DNA from: an uncultured Massilia sp. | GTDB taxonomy: Bacteria > Pseudomonadota > Gammaproteobacteria > Burkholderiales > Burkholderiaceae_D | Direction: 5' to 3' | Assembly: GCA_966212555.1 (NCBI GenBank) | Contig: CBIHRX010000001.1 | Location: 3,928 to 67,927, forward strand | DNA length: 64,000 nt | Part shown: in pieces, positions 1 through 13,219 of the stretch | Layout: each line of letters opens with the position of its first letter | Position numbering within the stretch: position 1 is the first letter of the stretch | Position numbers and translations under genes: made by a program | Notes under the pieces: generated by a model | The model's input: the letters and a program-made list of their open reading frames with translations, nothing else | What the model was told of the DNA's origin: nothing | Databases searched by the model: none

Positions 1-2
1 TC

Positions 3-1100
3 GCCGCCGCGCTGCTTCTGCCCGGCGTGCAGGCGCTGGCCGACGAACCGCCGCAGGAAGGCAGCATCAGCCTGCGCTATCTCGATTACGCCGACCGCCA
101 GAGCGGCCTCGATCGGATCCGTGCCCATTCGCCGTCGATTGCCGTGACGGCGCCCGTCGCGGGCGACTGGTCCATCGAAGGCACGCTGACGGCCGACGAC
201 GTGTCCGGCGCCTCGCCGCGCTACCACACGGCCGTCTCGGGCGCCTCGCACATGCACGACGAGCGCAAGGCGGGCGACTTCGCCGTCACGCACTACTTCC
301 GGCGCGGCACCTTGACGGCCGGCGCCGCGTATTCGACGGAGCACGACTACGTGTCGCGTGCGCTGTCGCTGAACGGCACCGTGTCGAGCGAGGACAACAA
401 CACGACGTGGGCGTTCGGCGTCGCGGGCAGCCGCGACAGCATCGACCCGGTCAACCACGTCGTCGTCGACGAGCACAAGCGCACGCTCAGCGTGCTTGCG
501 GGCGTGACGCGCGTGCTGACGCCGAACGACATCGGCCAGTTGACGCTCACGCGCACGAACGGCGACGGTTATTTCAACGATCCGTATAAATTGTTTGATA
601 ACCGCCCCCGTTCGCGCCGCCAGAACACGGTGCTGCTGCGCTGGAACCACTATGTCGACAGCACGGGCGGCACGTCGCGCCTGTCCTACCGCTACTACAG
701 CGATTCGTTCCGCGTGCGCGCGCACACGCTGTCCGGCGAGTACGTGCAGCCGCTCGGCGGCGGCTGGAGCATCGTGCCGGAACTGCGTTTGTACACGCAG
801 AGCGCGGCCTACTTCTACTACGACCCCGTGTACGACGGCACGCTCGGCGCGCCGTTCCCGCCCGGCTTTGCGAGTGCGGATCCGAACCGGCTGTCGTCGC
901 CGGACCAGCGCCTGTCCGGCTTCGGCGCCGTCACGGCGGGGCTGAAGGTCGTGCGCGAGATCGGCAAGCTGTGGACGGTCGACGTCAAGGTCGAAGGCTA
1001 CGAGCAGCGCGGCAACTGGCGCCTGTTCCACGACGGCAGCCCGGGACTGGCGCCGCTGCGCGCCCGCATCTTCCAGGTCGGATTGACGCGGCGATGGTAG
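3..1100 (+). CDS. DUF3570-family predicted outer-membrane beta-barrel protein (5' truncated by window edge)
   Basis: Frame is open from base 3 (AAALLLPGVQALAD, end of a signal peptide). Alternating beta-strand pattern, two VSGAS motifs, C-terminal aromatic residue (GLTRRW). Directly upstream of apbE, the usual DUF3570 context. Confidence 0.8.
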   Translation, partial: AAALLLPGVQALADEPPQEGSISLRYLDYADRQSGLDRIRAHSPSIAVTAPVAGDWSIEGTLTADDVSGASPRYHTAVSGASHMHDERKAGDFAVTHYFRRGTLTAGAAYSTEHDYVSRALSLNGTVSSEDNNTTWAFGVAGSRDSIDPVNHVVVDEHKRTLSVLAGVTRVLTPNDIGQLTLTRTNGDGYFNDPYKLFDNRPRSRRQNTVLLRWNHYVDSTGGTSRLSYRYYSDSFRVRAHTLSGEYVQPLGGGWSIVPELRLYTQSAAYFYYDPVYDGTLGAPFPPGFASADPNRLSSPDQRLSGFGAVTAGLKVVREIGKLWTVDVKVEGYEQRGNWRLFHDGSPGLAPLRARIFQVGLTRRW

Positions 1101-2004
1101 ACACCGTCTACCGCTTCCCGTTCGACGCGATGGCCAGCCGGTGCGAGATCCGGCTGGCCGCGCCGGAAGGACAGGGGGCGGAAGCGCTGGCCCTCGCGGC
1201 CATCGCCGAGGTGCGGCGCATCGAGCGCACGTACTCGCGCTACCGCGCCGACAGCGTCGTCAGCCGCATCAACGCCGCGGCCGGCCGCTACCGGGTGGAA
1301 TGCGACGAGGAGACGGCGCAGCTGCTCGACTATGCCGATCACCTCCATCGCGCCAGCGGCGGCCTGTTCGACATCACGTCCGGCGTGCTGCGCCGCGCCT
1401 GGGATTTTCGCCAGCCGCGCGTGCCGCATGCCCGCGAACTGGCGCCGCTGCTGGCGCTGGTGGACTGGCCGGCCGTGCAGCGCGACGGCGGCGCCGTGTT
1501 CCTGCCGCGCGCCGGCATGGAGATCGACTTCGGCGGCTTCGGCAAGGAATACGCGGCCGACCGCGCCTGTGCGCTGCTGCAGGAGCGGGGCGTCAAGCAC
1601 GGCTACGTGAACCTCGGCGGCGACATGCGCTTCATCGGGCCGCAACCCGACGGGCGCCTGTGGAGTATCGGCATCCAGGACCCGCGCAAGGCCGACGGCA
1701 TCGTCGCCAGCATCGCCGTGAGCCAGGGCGCGCTGACGACGAGCGGCGACTACGAACGGTTTGTCGACGTCGACGGCAAACGTTATTGCCACGTATTGAA
1801 CCCGCGCACGGGCATGCCCGTGTCGCATTGGCGCTCGGTGAGCGTGCTGGCGCCGCTGGCCGTGTTGGGCGGCAGCGTGTCGACCATCGCCATGCTGAAG
1901 GAAGCCGACGGCTTGTCCTTCCTGGCCGCCGGCGGGCTCGCGTACTTCGCCATCGACAGTACGGGACGAGCGCATCACCACAGTATTTCAGGAGATTACG
2001 CATC

Positions 2005-2008
<4 letters not shown>
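1094..2008 (+). CDS. apbE: FAD:protein FMN transferase (ApbE family)
   Basis: Motifs FxAMAS, GLFDIT, DFGGFGKEYAAD, VNLGGD, TSGDYER and HVLNPRTG. ATG at 1094 overlaps the upstream stop. Confidence 0.93.
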
Positions 2009-4747
<2,739 letters not shown>

Positions 4748-4753
4748 CGCAGC

Positions 4754-6421
4754 TTAGCTGGTGAGCGGCTTGTAGCGGATCCGCTTCGGCTTGGCGCCTT
4801 CTTCGCCGAGGCGTTTCTTCTTGTCGGCTTCGTACTCCTGGTAGTTACCGTTGAAGAAGGTGACCTGCGACTCGCCTTCGAAGGCGAGGATGTGGGTCGC
4901 GATGCGGTCGAGGAACCAGCGGTCGTGCGAGATGACCATCACGCTGCCCGCGAATTCCAGCAGCGCGTCTTCCAGCGCGCGCAGGGTTTCGACGTCCAGG
5001 TCGTTCGACGGTTCGTCCAGCAGCAGCACGTTGCCGCCCTTGAGCAGCGTCTTGGCCAGGTGCAGGCGGCCGCGCTCGCCGCCGGACAGGTTGCCGACGA
5101 GTTTCTGCTGGTCGGCGCCCTTGATGTTGAAGCGGCCGAGATAGGCGCGCGACGGCATCTCGAAGCGGCCGACGGACAGCATGTCGGCGCCGCCCGACAC
5201 GTCTTCGAACACGGTCTTGTTCGCGGCGAGGCTGTCGCGCGACTGGTCGACGAGCGAGACCTTCGCGGTCTTGCCGATGACGACTTCGCCGCTGTCCGGC
5301 TGCTCGATGCCCGCGATCATGCGGAACAGCGTCGATTTACCGGCGCCGTTCGGGCCGATGATGCCGACGATCGCGCCCGGCGGCACGGTGAACGACAGGT
5401 TGTCGATCAGCAGGCGGTCGCCGAAGGCTTTCGAGACGTTCTTGAACTCGATCACTTCGTTGCCCAGGCGTTCCGCGACGGGGATGAAGATCTCCTGCGT
5501 CTCGTTACGCTTCTGGTATTCGTATTCGGACAGTTCGTTGAAGCGGGCGAGACGCGCCTTCGACTTGGCCTGGCGTGCCTTCGGATTCTGGCGCGCCCAT
5601 TCGAGCTCTTTCGCCAGCGCCTTCTGGCGCGCGGATTCGGTCGCCTCTTCCTGCTTCAGGCGGGCTTCCTTCTGCTCCAGCCAGGACGAGTAATTGCCCT
5701 TCCAGGGGATGCCGTGGCCGCGGTCCAGTTCCAGGATCCATTCGGCGGCGTTGTCGAGGAAGTAGCGGTCGTGGGTGATGCCGACGACGGTGCCCGGGAA
5801 GCGCAGCAGGAATTGCTCCAGCCATTCGACGGATTCGGCGTCCAGGTGGTTGGTCGGCTCATCGAGCAGCAGCATGTCGGGTTTACTCAGCAGCAGCTTG
5901 CACAGCGCCACGCGGCGCTTCTCGCCGCCGGACAGCACGCCGATCTTGGCATCCCACGGCGGCAGGCGCAGCGCGTCGGCGGCCATTTCCAGCTGCAGGT
6001 TCAGGTTGCCGCCGTCGGACGCGGCGATGATCGATTCCAGGCGCTCCTGCTCCTTGGCCAGCGCGTCGAAATCGGCATCTTCTTCGGCGTAGGCGGCATA
6101 CACGGCTTCCAGCTTGGCTTGCGCCTCGAAGGCTTCGCCCAGGCCGCTCTCGACTTCCTGGCGCACGGTTTTTTCCGGATCGAGCTGCGGTTCCTGCGGC
6201 AGGTAGCCGATGTTCAGGCCCGGCATCGGGCGCGCTTCGCCCTGGATGTCGGTGTCGATGCCGGCCATGATCTTCAGCAGCGTCGATTTGCCCGAGCCGT
6301 TGAGGCCCAGCACGCCGATCTTCGCGCCCGGGAAGAACGACAGCGAAATGTCCTTCAGGATCTGGCGTTTCGGTGGGACGATCTTGCCCACGCGGTTCAT
6401 GGTGTAGACGTAATTGGCCAT
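4754..6421 (-). CDS. ettA: Energy-dependent translational throttle protein (ABC-F)
   Basis: Starts MANYVYTMNRVGKIVPPKRQILKDISLSFFPGAKIG; two ABC cassettes; 555 aa. Confidence 0.97.
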   Translation of the reverse strand: MANYVYTMNRVGKIVPPKRQILKDISLSFFPGAKIGVLGLNGSGKSTLLKIMAGIDTDIQGEARPMPGLNIGYLPQEPQLDPEKTVRQEVESGLGEAFEAQAKLEAVYAAYAEEDADFDALAKEQERLESIIAASDGGNLNLQLEMAADALRLPPWDAKIGVLSGGEKRRVALCKLLLSKPDMLLLDEPTNHLDAESVEWLEQFLLRFPGTVVGITHDRYFLDNAAEWILELDRGHGIPWKGNYSSWLEQKEARLKQEEATESARQKALAKELEWARQNPKARQAKSKARLARFNELSEYEYQKRNETQEIFIPVAERLGNEVIEFKNVSKAFGDRLLIDNLSFTVPPGAIVGIIGPNGAGKSTLFRMIAGIEQPDSGEVVIGKTAKVSLVDQSRDSLAANKTVFEDVSGGADMLSVGRFEMPSRAYLGRFNIKGADQQKLVGNLSGGERGRLHLAKTLLKGGNVLLLDEPSNDLDVETLRALEDALLEFAGSVMVISHDRWFLDRIATHILAFEGESQVTFFNGNYQEYEADKKKRLGEEGAKPKRIRYKPLTS

Positions 6422-6470
6422 TAGTAATGTGCTTCTATTCGTAAAATAAGGACGACAGGATACTGCAAAA

Positions 6471-6527
6471 AACCGGGGTCAGACCCCGGTTTTAGGAAAT
6501 TGCCCAAAAATGGGGTCTGACCCCGGT
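6471..6527. repeat. 57-bp palindromic REP/MITE-like element, copy 1
   Basis: ACCGGGGTCAGACCCC...GGGGTCTGACCCCGGT (16-bp terminal inverted repeats). 56/57 identical to 35179-35235. Abuts the rarD stop codon. Confidence 0.9.
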
Positions 6528-7412
6528 TCAAGCTTGTTTGGCGACCGGCTGCGGCCGGTTGAGCAGGCCTTCGGCTGCGAACAGGGCCAGCGCGAGCCAG
6601 ATGAGCACGAAGCCGACGAGGCGGTCGGGCGTAAACGCTTCGTGGAACAGCCACACGCCCAACAGGAATTGCAGGGTGGGCGACATGTATTGCAGCAAGC
6701 CGACGATCGACAGCGGGATCTTGCGCGCGCCCGCCGCGAACAGCAGCAGCGGGATCGCCGTGATCGGCCCGGCCGCGGCGAGCAGCAGGCGCGTCGTGTT
6801 CGAATCCGTGTTGATGAACGTGTTCTGGCCATGCATGCTGAGCCAGACGACGTAGACGGCCGCGAGCGGGAACAGGACCATCGTCTCGAACGACAGGCCT
6901 TCCAAAGCGCCGAGCGCGGCCGTCTTGCGCAGCAGGCCGTAGCCGCCGAACGACACGGCCAGCGCCAGCGCGATCCAGGGCAGCTTGCCGGCCTGCCACG
7001 TCAGCCACGCGACGCCCAGCGCCGCCACGCCGATCGCCATCCACTGCGTGCGCCGCAAGCGTTCCTTCAGCAGCATCGAGCCGAACATGATGTTGACGAG
7101 CGGATTGATGAAATAGCCGAGGCTCGCTTCGATGACGTGGCCGTTGTTCACAGCCCAGATGTAGATGAGCCAGTTGACGCTGAGCAGCAGTGCCGACGCG
7201 ACGAAGCTGCCGAACACGCGCGGCTGGCGCACGAGGTTCAGCCAGGCCCACTGGCGGCGCACGGCGAGCACGATCACGAGGAACAGCAGCGACCACAGCA
7301 TGCGGTGCGCGAGGATCTGCAGCGGCGGCACGTCGTCGATGGCGTGGAAATACAACGGAAACAGGCCCCAGCACAGGAAGGCGAGGGCGGCGGACAGGAT
7401 GCCGGTGTTCAT
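6528..7412 (-). CDS. rarD: EamA-family transporter RarD
   Basis: Motifs WGLFPLYF, HRMLWS, ASLGYFINPL and YGLLRK, plus LQY; ATG (MNTGIL) at 7412. Confidence 0.92.
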   Translation of the reverse strand: MNTGILSAALAFLCWGLFPLYFHAIDDVPPLQILAHRMLWSLLFLVIVLAVRRQWAWLNLVRQPRVFGSFVASALLLSVNWLIYIWAVNNGHVIEASLGYFINPLVNIMFGSMLLKERLRRTQWMAIGVAALGVAWLTWQAGKLPWIALALAVSFGGYGLLRKTAALGALEGLSFETMVLFPLAAVYVVWLSMHGQNTFINTDSNTTRLLLAAAGPITAIPLLLFAAGARKIPLSIVGLLQYMSPTLQFLLGVWLFHEAFTPDRLVGFVLIWLALALFAAEGLLNRPQPVAKQA

Positions 7413-7626
7413 GGGGAAGGTGAGACGGGTGAACGGCCTGACATTATCCCCGAACGGGCGCAGCCTTGCTGGCGGGGCTCCTTTCCGGCGGCCGAGCCGT
7501 GCGCTCGGCCCGCTGCCGTTGATGCAGACTTTGAGAGAATAGCGTTCCGGCAAAAGGACGCGCTCTTGTCTTTCCTTGTCAATTATTCTATTGTGCAACG
7601 CACCAGAACAACAATACGGTGAAACC

Positions 7627-9504
7627 TTGACGGCGCAACACAAGAAAAGCAGCCTGGCAGGGCTGACGCTGGCGGCGGTCGGTATCGTCTACGGCGACAT
7701 CGGCACCAGCCCGCTGTACACGCTCAAGACCATTTTCGATCCCGTCCACGGCCTGGCCCTGACCACGCCGAACCTGCTGGGCATCGTGTCCCTGATCTTC
7801 TGGGGCCTGACGATGATCGTCTCGCTCAAGTACGTCACGCTGGTGCTGCGTGCCGACAACCGCGGCGAGGGCGGCATCATGGCCCTGATGGCGCTCGCGC
7901 TGAACTCCGTCACGCGCACGTCGCGCTGGCACTACGTGCTGATGGTGCTGGGCGTGTTCGGCGCCACGATGTTCTACGGCGACAGCGTGATCACGCCGGC
8001 GATCTCCGTGCTGGGCGCGATCGAAGGCCTCGAAGTGGCCACGCCAGGCCTGGAAAAATACGTCGTGCCGCTGACGATCGTCGTGCTGGTGGGCCTGTAC
8101 AGCGTGCAGCGCCACGGCACGGCCGGCATCGGCCGCTGGTTCGGTCCCATCATGGTCGTGTGGTTCGCCGCGCTGGCCGTCATGGGCATCATCAACATCG
8201 TGCAGGCGCCCGTGATCCTGCACGCGCTGAATCCGCTGCACGCGTTCGAGTTCATGCTGCGCGAGCGCATGATCGCGTTCGTCGCGCTGGGCGCGGTCGT
8301 GCTGGCGTTCACCGGCGCCGAGGCGCTGTACGCGGACATGGGCCACTTCGGCAAGAAGCCGATCCGCTTCGCCTGGTTCATGGTCGTGTTCCCGGCCCTG
8401 GCCCTGAACTACCTGGGCCAGGGCGGCCTCCTGATCACGCATCCGGAAGCGCTCGAGAACCCGTTCTTCCACCAGCTGGGCAGCTGGAGCGTGCTGCCGC
8501 TCGTGCTGCTGTCGACGATGGCGACCGTGATCGCGTCGCAGGCCACGATCTCCGGCACGTTCTCGATGACGCGCCAGGCCATCGCATTGGGCCTGTTGCC
8601 GCGCATGCGCGTGATGCACACGTCGGAGAGCGAGATCGGCCAGATCTACATCCCGGCCGTGAACTGGCTGCAGTTGATCGTCGTGCTGCTGGCGGTCGTC
8701 GGCTTCGGTTCGTCGGACAAGCTGGCCGGCGCCTACGGCATCGCGGTGACGGCGACCATGTTCGCGACGACGATCCTGACGTTCTTCGTGATCCGCTACC
8801 GCTGGCACCTGCCGCTGTGGCTGTGCTTCGGCGCCACCGGCTTCTTCATGGCGATGGACATCATGCTGTTCTCGGCCAGCACCCTGAAACTGCTGCACGG
8901 CGGCTGGTTCCCGCTGCTGCTCGGCGCGATCCTGCTGACGACGATGCTGACGTGGAAGCGCGGCCGCGAACTCGTGTTCGAGAACCTGGAAAAGCACGCG
9001 ATCCCGCTCGACGACTTTTTGCAGTCGCTGTTCGTCGCGCCGCCCGACCGCGTGGCCGGCACCGCCATCTTCCTGCGCGGCGAAACGGACGGCGTGCCGC
9101 ACGCGCTGCTGCACAACCTCCTGCACAACAAGGTGCTGCACGAGCGCGTCGTGTTCCTCACGGTGCACATCCGCGAAGAGCCGTACGTGCCGGAAAACGA
9201 ACAGGTCGAGGTCGTCCCGCTCGGTCACAACTGCTACCAGCTGAACGTGACGTACGGCTTCAAGGACGAGGCCAACATCCCCGACATCCTGCGCCTGTGC
9301 GCCGCCTGCGGCCTCGAATTCGAGATGATGGAGACGTCGTTCTTCATCGCGCGCCAGACCGTGATCTCGGTGCCGGGCCAGGGCATGATGCCGTGGCGCG
9401 AGCACTTGTACGTGGCGATGCAGCGCAATGCCCGCACGGCCGCGGACTATTATCAAATCCCGACCAACCGCGTGATCGAGCTCGGGACGCAGGTCGAGAT
9501 CTGA
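7627..9504 (+). CDS. kup: Potassium uptake protein Kup
   Basis: Motifs GIVYGDIGTSPLY, ADNRGEGG, GAEALYADMGHFG and AGAYGIAV. Likely TTG start at 7627; an ATG at 7576 is also possible. Confidence 0.96.
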   Translation: MTAQHKKSSLAGLTLAAVGIVYGDIGTSPLYTLKTIFDPVHGLALTTPNLLGIVSLIFWGLTMIVSLKYVTLVLRADNRGEGGIMALMALALNSVTRTSRWHYVLMVLGVFGATMFYGDSVITPAISVLGAIEGLEVATPGLEKYVVPLTIVVLVGLYSVQRHGTAGIGRWFGPIMVVWFAALAVMGIINIVQAPVILHALNPLHAFEFMLRERMIAFVALGAVVLAFTGAEALYADMGHFGKKPIRFAWFMVVFPALALNYLGQGGLLITHPEALENPFFHQLGSWSVLPLVLLSTMATVIASQATISGTFSMTRQAIALGLLPRMRVMHTSESEIGQIYIPAVNWLQLIVVLLAVVGFGSSDKLAGAYGIAVTATMFATTILTFFVIRYRWHLPLWLCFGATGFFMAMDIMLFSASTLKLLHGGWFPLLLGAILLTTMLTWKRGRELVFENLEKHAIPLDDFLQSLFVAPPDRVAGTAIFLRGETDGVPHALLHNLLHNKVLHERVVFLTVHIREEPYVPENEQVEVVPLGHNCYQLNVTYGFKDEANIPDILRLCAACGLEFEMMETSFFIARQTVISVPGQGMMPWREHLYVAMQRNARTAADYYQIPTNRVIELGTQVEI

Positions 9505-9600
9505 ATTACAAAGACATACAAATCCTCCACAGACGCTTGCAGGGCAGGTTGGTAAGGTTCGGGTTTCCATCCGATCACCAACTTGTCCCGTAGGAGTCCC

Positions 9601-10080
9601 ATGAAACTGTCCTTCCCGCTGGCCGCCGCCTTCGCCGCCCTCCTGAGCCTGTCCGCATGCGGCGGCGGTGGCGATTCGGGCAGCACCACCCCTCCCGTCG
9701 TCAACAATCCCGCCGCGCTGACCAAGACCGACAGCGCGATCGGCACCGGCGCCGAAGCCGTCAACGGCGCGCGCGTGCAGGTCAATTACACGGGCTGGCT
9801 GTACAGCGCCGCCGCCGCCGACTTCAAGGGCACCAAGTTCGACGCGTCGCAGCCCGGCAAGCCGTTCACGTTCGTCGTCGGCGCCACGGGCACGAGCGAA
9901 TCCGTGATCCCCGGCTTCAGCCAGGGCGTGCAGGGGATGAAGGTCGGCGGCAAGCGCACGATCCTGATCCCGAGCAGCCTGGGCTACGGCGCGGGCGGCG
10001 TGCCGGGCGCGATCCCCGGCAACACCGGCCTCGTGTTCGAAGTCGAGCTGGTGAAGGTCTGCGGCAGCGCGGCCTGCTGA
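9601..10080 (+). CDS. FKBP-type peptidyl-prolyl isomerase, lipoprotein
   Basis: Lipobox LSAC, then VNYTGWL, KFDAS, GMKVGGKRTILIPSSLGYG and LVFEVEL. RBS AGGAG upstream. Confidence 0.9.
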   Translation: MKLSFPLAAAFAALLSLSACGGGGDSGSTTPPVVNNPAALTKTDSAIGTGAEAVNGARVQVNYTGWLYSAAAADFKGTKFDASQPGKPFTFVVGATGTSESVIPGFSQGVQGMKVGGKRTILIPSSLGYGAGGVPGAIPGNTGLVFEVELVKVCGSAAC

Positions 10081-10081
10081 T

Positions 10082-12487
10082 TCATTCGCGCAGCGCGCTG
10101 GCGGGGCGGATCCGCACCGCCGCCAGCGCGTGGCGCACGGTCGACATCAGCGCCACCACGCCCGCCACCAGCAGCGCGGCGGCGAGCGTCCAGGCGCCGA
10201 TCGGCGCCCGCTCGGTGAACCCGCCCAGCCAGCGCTGGATCGCCACCCACGCGAACGGCAGCCCGAGCAGGGCGCCGGCGCCGACCAGCGCGGCGAATTC
10301 GCGTGCCACCAGTCGCGCGATCGCGGCGCTGCCGGCGCCGTACAGTTTGCGCAGCACGATTTCCTTCTCGCGTCGCCGTACGCTGTACGCGGCCAGCACG
10401 TAGATGCCGAAGGCGGCGATGGCCGTCGCGATCGCGCTCGACGCGGCCAGCAGCTTGGCGAGGCGCAGGTCGTCGGCATAGAAGATGTCGCTGATCAGCG
10501 TCGGCATGCGCACGATGTCCACGGGCTCGTTGGGGAAGTAGCGCGGCCACAGGGCCTCGATGGCGCGCCGCACCGCATCGACGTCGCCGCCGCACCGTAC
10601 CGTGAATCCACCCACGCGGTCGCTCAGGAAGAACATGCTCGGCTGCTGGCCGTCGCGCGCCGAACGCTGGCGCAGGTCGGGCGCCCCGCCCCCGACCGGT
10701 TGCGGCGGGCCGTCCCGGGGGTCGGTCCCCCTCTGGCCGCCCGGGGCGCGCGGCGAGGAAACGCCGTGCGGGCGCGCCGCCGCCGCGTTGAGCACCACGC
10801 GGTCGTTGTCGCTGGACTTGTCGAGCGCGGGCGAATACAGGCGGCCGGCCACGGGCTTGACGCCGTAAACGTCGAAGAATTCGGGGCTGACGGCATACAG
10901 GTTGACGTCGGTGGCCGTACCGCCGGCGCGGCGCAGGACCACGATGTTGTGGCCGACGCTGAAGGGCAGGTGCGAGACCGCCACGCCGGCCACGCCGGGC
11001 AGGCGCGCGATCGCGTCGCGCAGGGCGCGCGTGCGCTGATCGCGCATGTCGTTCGCGGCCGGGAACATCAGCAGCGGCGCGGTATCGAAGCCGGGATCGA
11101 GCGTGCTGGCGTAACGCGTCTGCCACGCGACGGCGAGCGTGGTGGCGGTCAGGCCGATGGCGACGCCGAATTGGAGTGCCGTCAGCGCGCGGCGGATCCA
11201 CAGGCCGCGCGCGGTCTCGCCGGCACCGCGTCCGGCGAGGGCGGCGGTGGCGCGCACGCGCAGCGCCGACCAGGTCGGGTAGGCGCCGGCGGCCAGGCCG
11301 AGCAGCACGCCCAGCGCCAGCGTCGCCGCCAGCGCGGTGGCGCCGAACATGCCGTCCAGCTTGCGCTGTACCAGGTCGGCGAAGACCGGCAGCAGCAGCC
11401 ACGCCAGCAGCAGGCCAAGGACCGTCGCGAGCAGGCAGACGAGCACCGACTCGGCCAGGAACTGGCGCGCCACGGCCGGCGCCGACGCGCCCAGCACCTT
11501 GCGCACGGCGATCTCGCGCTGGCGCGCCAGGGTGCGCACGGTGGCCAGGTTGACATAGTTGGTCGCGGCCAGCAGCAGCACCAGCACGGCGACGGCACCC
11601 AGGCCGATCACACCCTGGCGGTTGCCGTGCACGGCGAGAATGTCGTTCAGGTCGGGTGCGAGGTACACGTCGGCGATCGGCTGCAACCGGTAATCGATCA
11701 GGTCGCGACCGCCCAGCGCCGCCACCTGCTGGGCATAGCCGCGCCGTACGAGTTCCGAGGCGCGCAGCCCGCGCCGCAGCGCGTCCAGCACCGCGCCCGC
11801 ATCGGCCCCCGGCAGCAGCTTGAGGTAGACCCGGCCGGGCGAAAAGCCCCAGGCACCGGCCGTGAAGTTGCGCTGGTCGGACGGCATGATCACGCTGCCC
11901 GTGCCGGCCAGCGCCTCGTAAGGCATCGTGGTTGCGGCAGGCGGGTTGGCGACGACGGCCGCCACCACGTACGTCTGGCCGTCGCCCTGCAAGGTGCGTC
12001 CGACCACGTCGGCGCGACCGAACACCTTCAGGGCGGTGTCGGCCGTCAGTGCCAGCGCCTCCGGCCGCGTGAGGGCCGCGTGCAGGTCGCCCGCCAGCAC
12101 GCGCGGCGCGAAGATCTTCTCGAAATCGGGATCGACCAGCGCGACGCCGAAGGCGAGGACCCGGCCGCCCACGCGCACGTTGACGCCGCGGTCGAGGAAG
12201 GCGGTGGCGAGTACCGGCTGGCCGCTCGCCAGCGCCGCGTCGCGTGCGGGCAGGCTGGCGGTGCTGCCCCAGCCGTTGCCGAGCAGGGCCAGGTTCCACC
12301 GTTCCTGCAGCTGGACCACGCGCTCGCGCTCGGGCACGTGCTCGTCGTACGAAAACGAGTGGCGCACGAAGCCGAGCAGCAGGAAGCACACGGCGATGCC
12401 GACCGCCAGGCCGAGCACCACCACCGCGGAATAGGCCGGCTCCTTGACGAGCAGACGCCAGCCGATGCGAAAATCGCGCAGGTTCAT
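10082..12487 (-). CDS. ABC transporter permease, MacB/FtsX type with duplicated periplasmic domains
   Basis: N-terminal LAVGIA helix; NYVNL...RQREIAVRKVLGAS; second R..EIVLRKLYGA motif; 801 aa. Confidence 0.9.
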   Translation of the reverse strand: MNLRDFRIGWRLLVKEPAYSAVVVLGLAVGIAVCFLLLGFVRHSFSYDEHVPERERVVQLQERWNLALLGNGWGSTASLPARDAALASGQPVLATAFLDRGVNVRVGGRVLAFGVALVDPDFEKIFAPRVLAGDLHAALTRPEALALTADTALKVFGRADVVGRTLQGDGQTYVVAAVVANPPAATTMPYEALAGTGSVIMPSDQRNFTAGAWGFSPGRVYLKLLPGADAGAVLDALRRGLRASELVRRGYAQQVAALGGRDLIDYRLQPIADVYLAPDLNDILAVHGNRQGVIGLGAVAVLVLLLAATNYVNLATVRTLARQREIAVRKVLGASAPAVARQFLAESVLVCLLATVLGLLLAWLLLPVFADLVQRKLDGMFGATALAATLALGVLLGLAAGAYPTWSALRVRATAALAGRGAGETARGLWIRRALTALQFGVAIGLTATTLAVAWQTRYASTLDPGFDTAPLLMFPAANDMRDQRTRALRDAIARLPGVAGVAVSHLPFSVGHNIVVLRRAGGTATDVNLYAVSPEFFDVYGVKPVAGRLYSPALDKSSDNDRVVLNAAAARPHGVSSPRAPGGQRGTDPRDGPPQPVGGGAPDLRQRSARDGQQPSMFFLSDRVGGFTVRCGGDVDAVRRAIEALWPRYFPNEPVDIVRMPTLISDIFYADDLRLAKLLAASSAIATAIAAFGIYVLAAYSVRRREKEIVLRKLYGAGSAAIARLVAREFAALVGAGALLGLPFAWVAIQRWLGGFTERAPIGAWTLAAALLVAGVVALMSTVRHALAAVRIRPASALRE

Positions 12488-12497
12488 CGTGGCCTCC

Positions 12498-13178
<681 letters not shown>

Positions 13179-13219
13179 GTCATTCTTTCGTGGTTGATGT
13201 GGATGTTGGAGGGTGCGGG

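Noticed and set aside
7460-7626. Possible riboswitch or leader upstream of kup (hairpin GGCCGAGC/GCTCGGCC)
   Set aside because: A single GC hairpin with no recognisable aptamer consensus or expression platform.
10690-10790. Pro/Gly-rich stretch in the ABC permease (PHGVSSPRAPGGQRGTDPRDGPPQPVGGG) where hydrophobic residues are expected
   Set aside because: The frame is preserved but many apparent V/L/A-to-G/P changes cluster in G/C runs, which looks like a locally low-quality consensus. Reads need checking before any biological claim.
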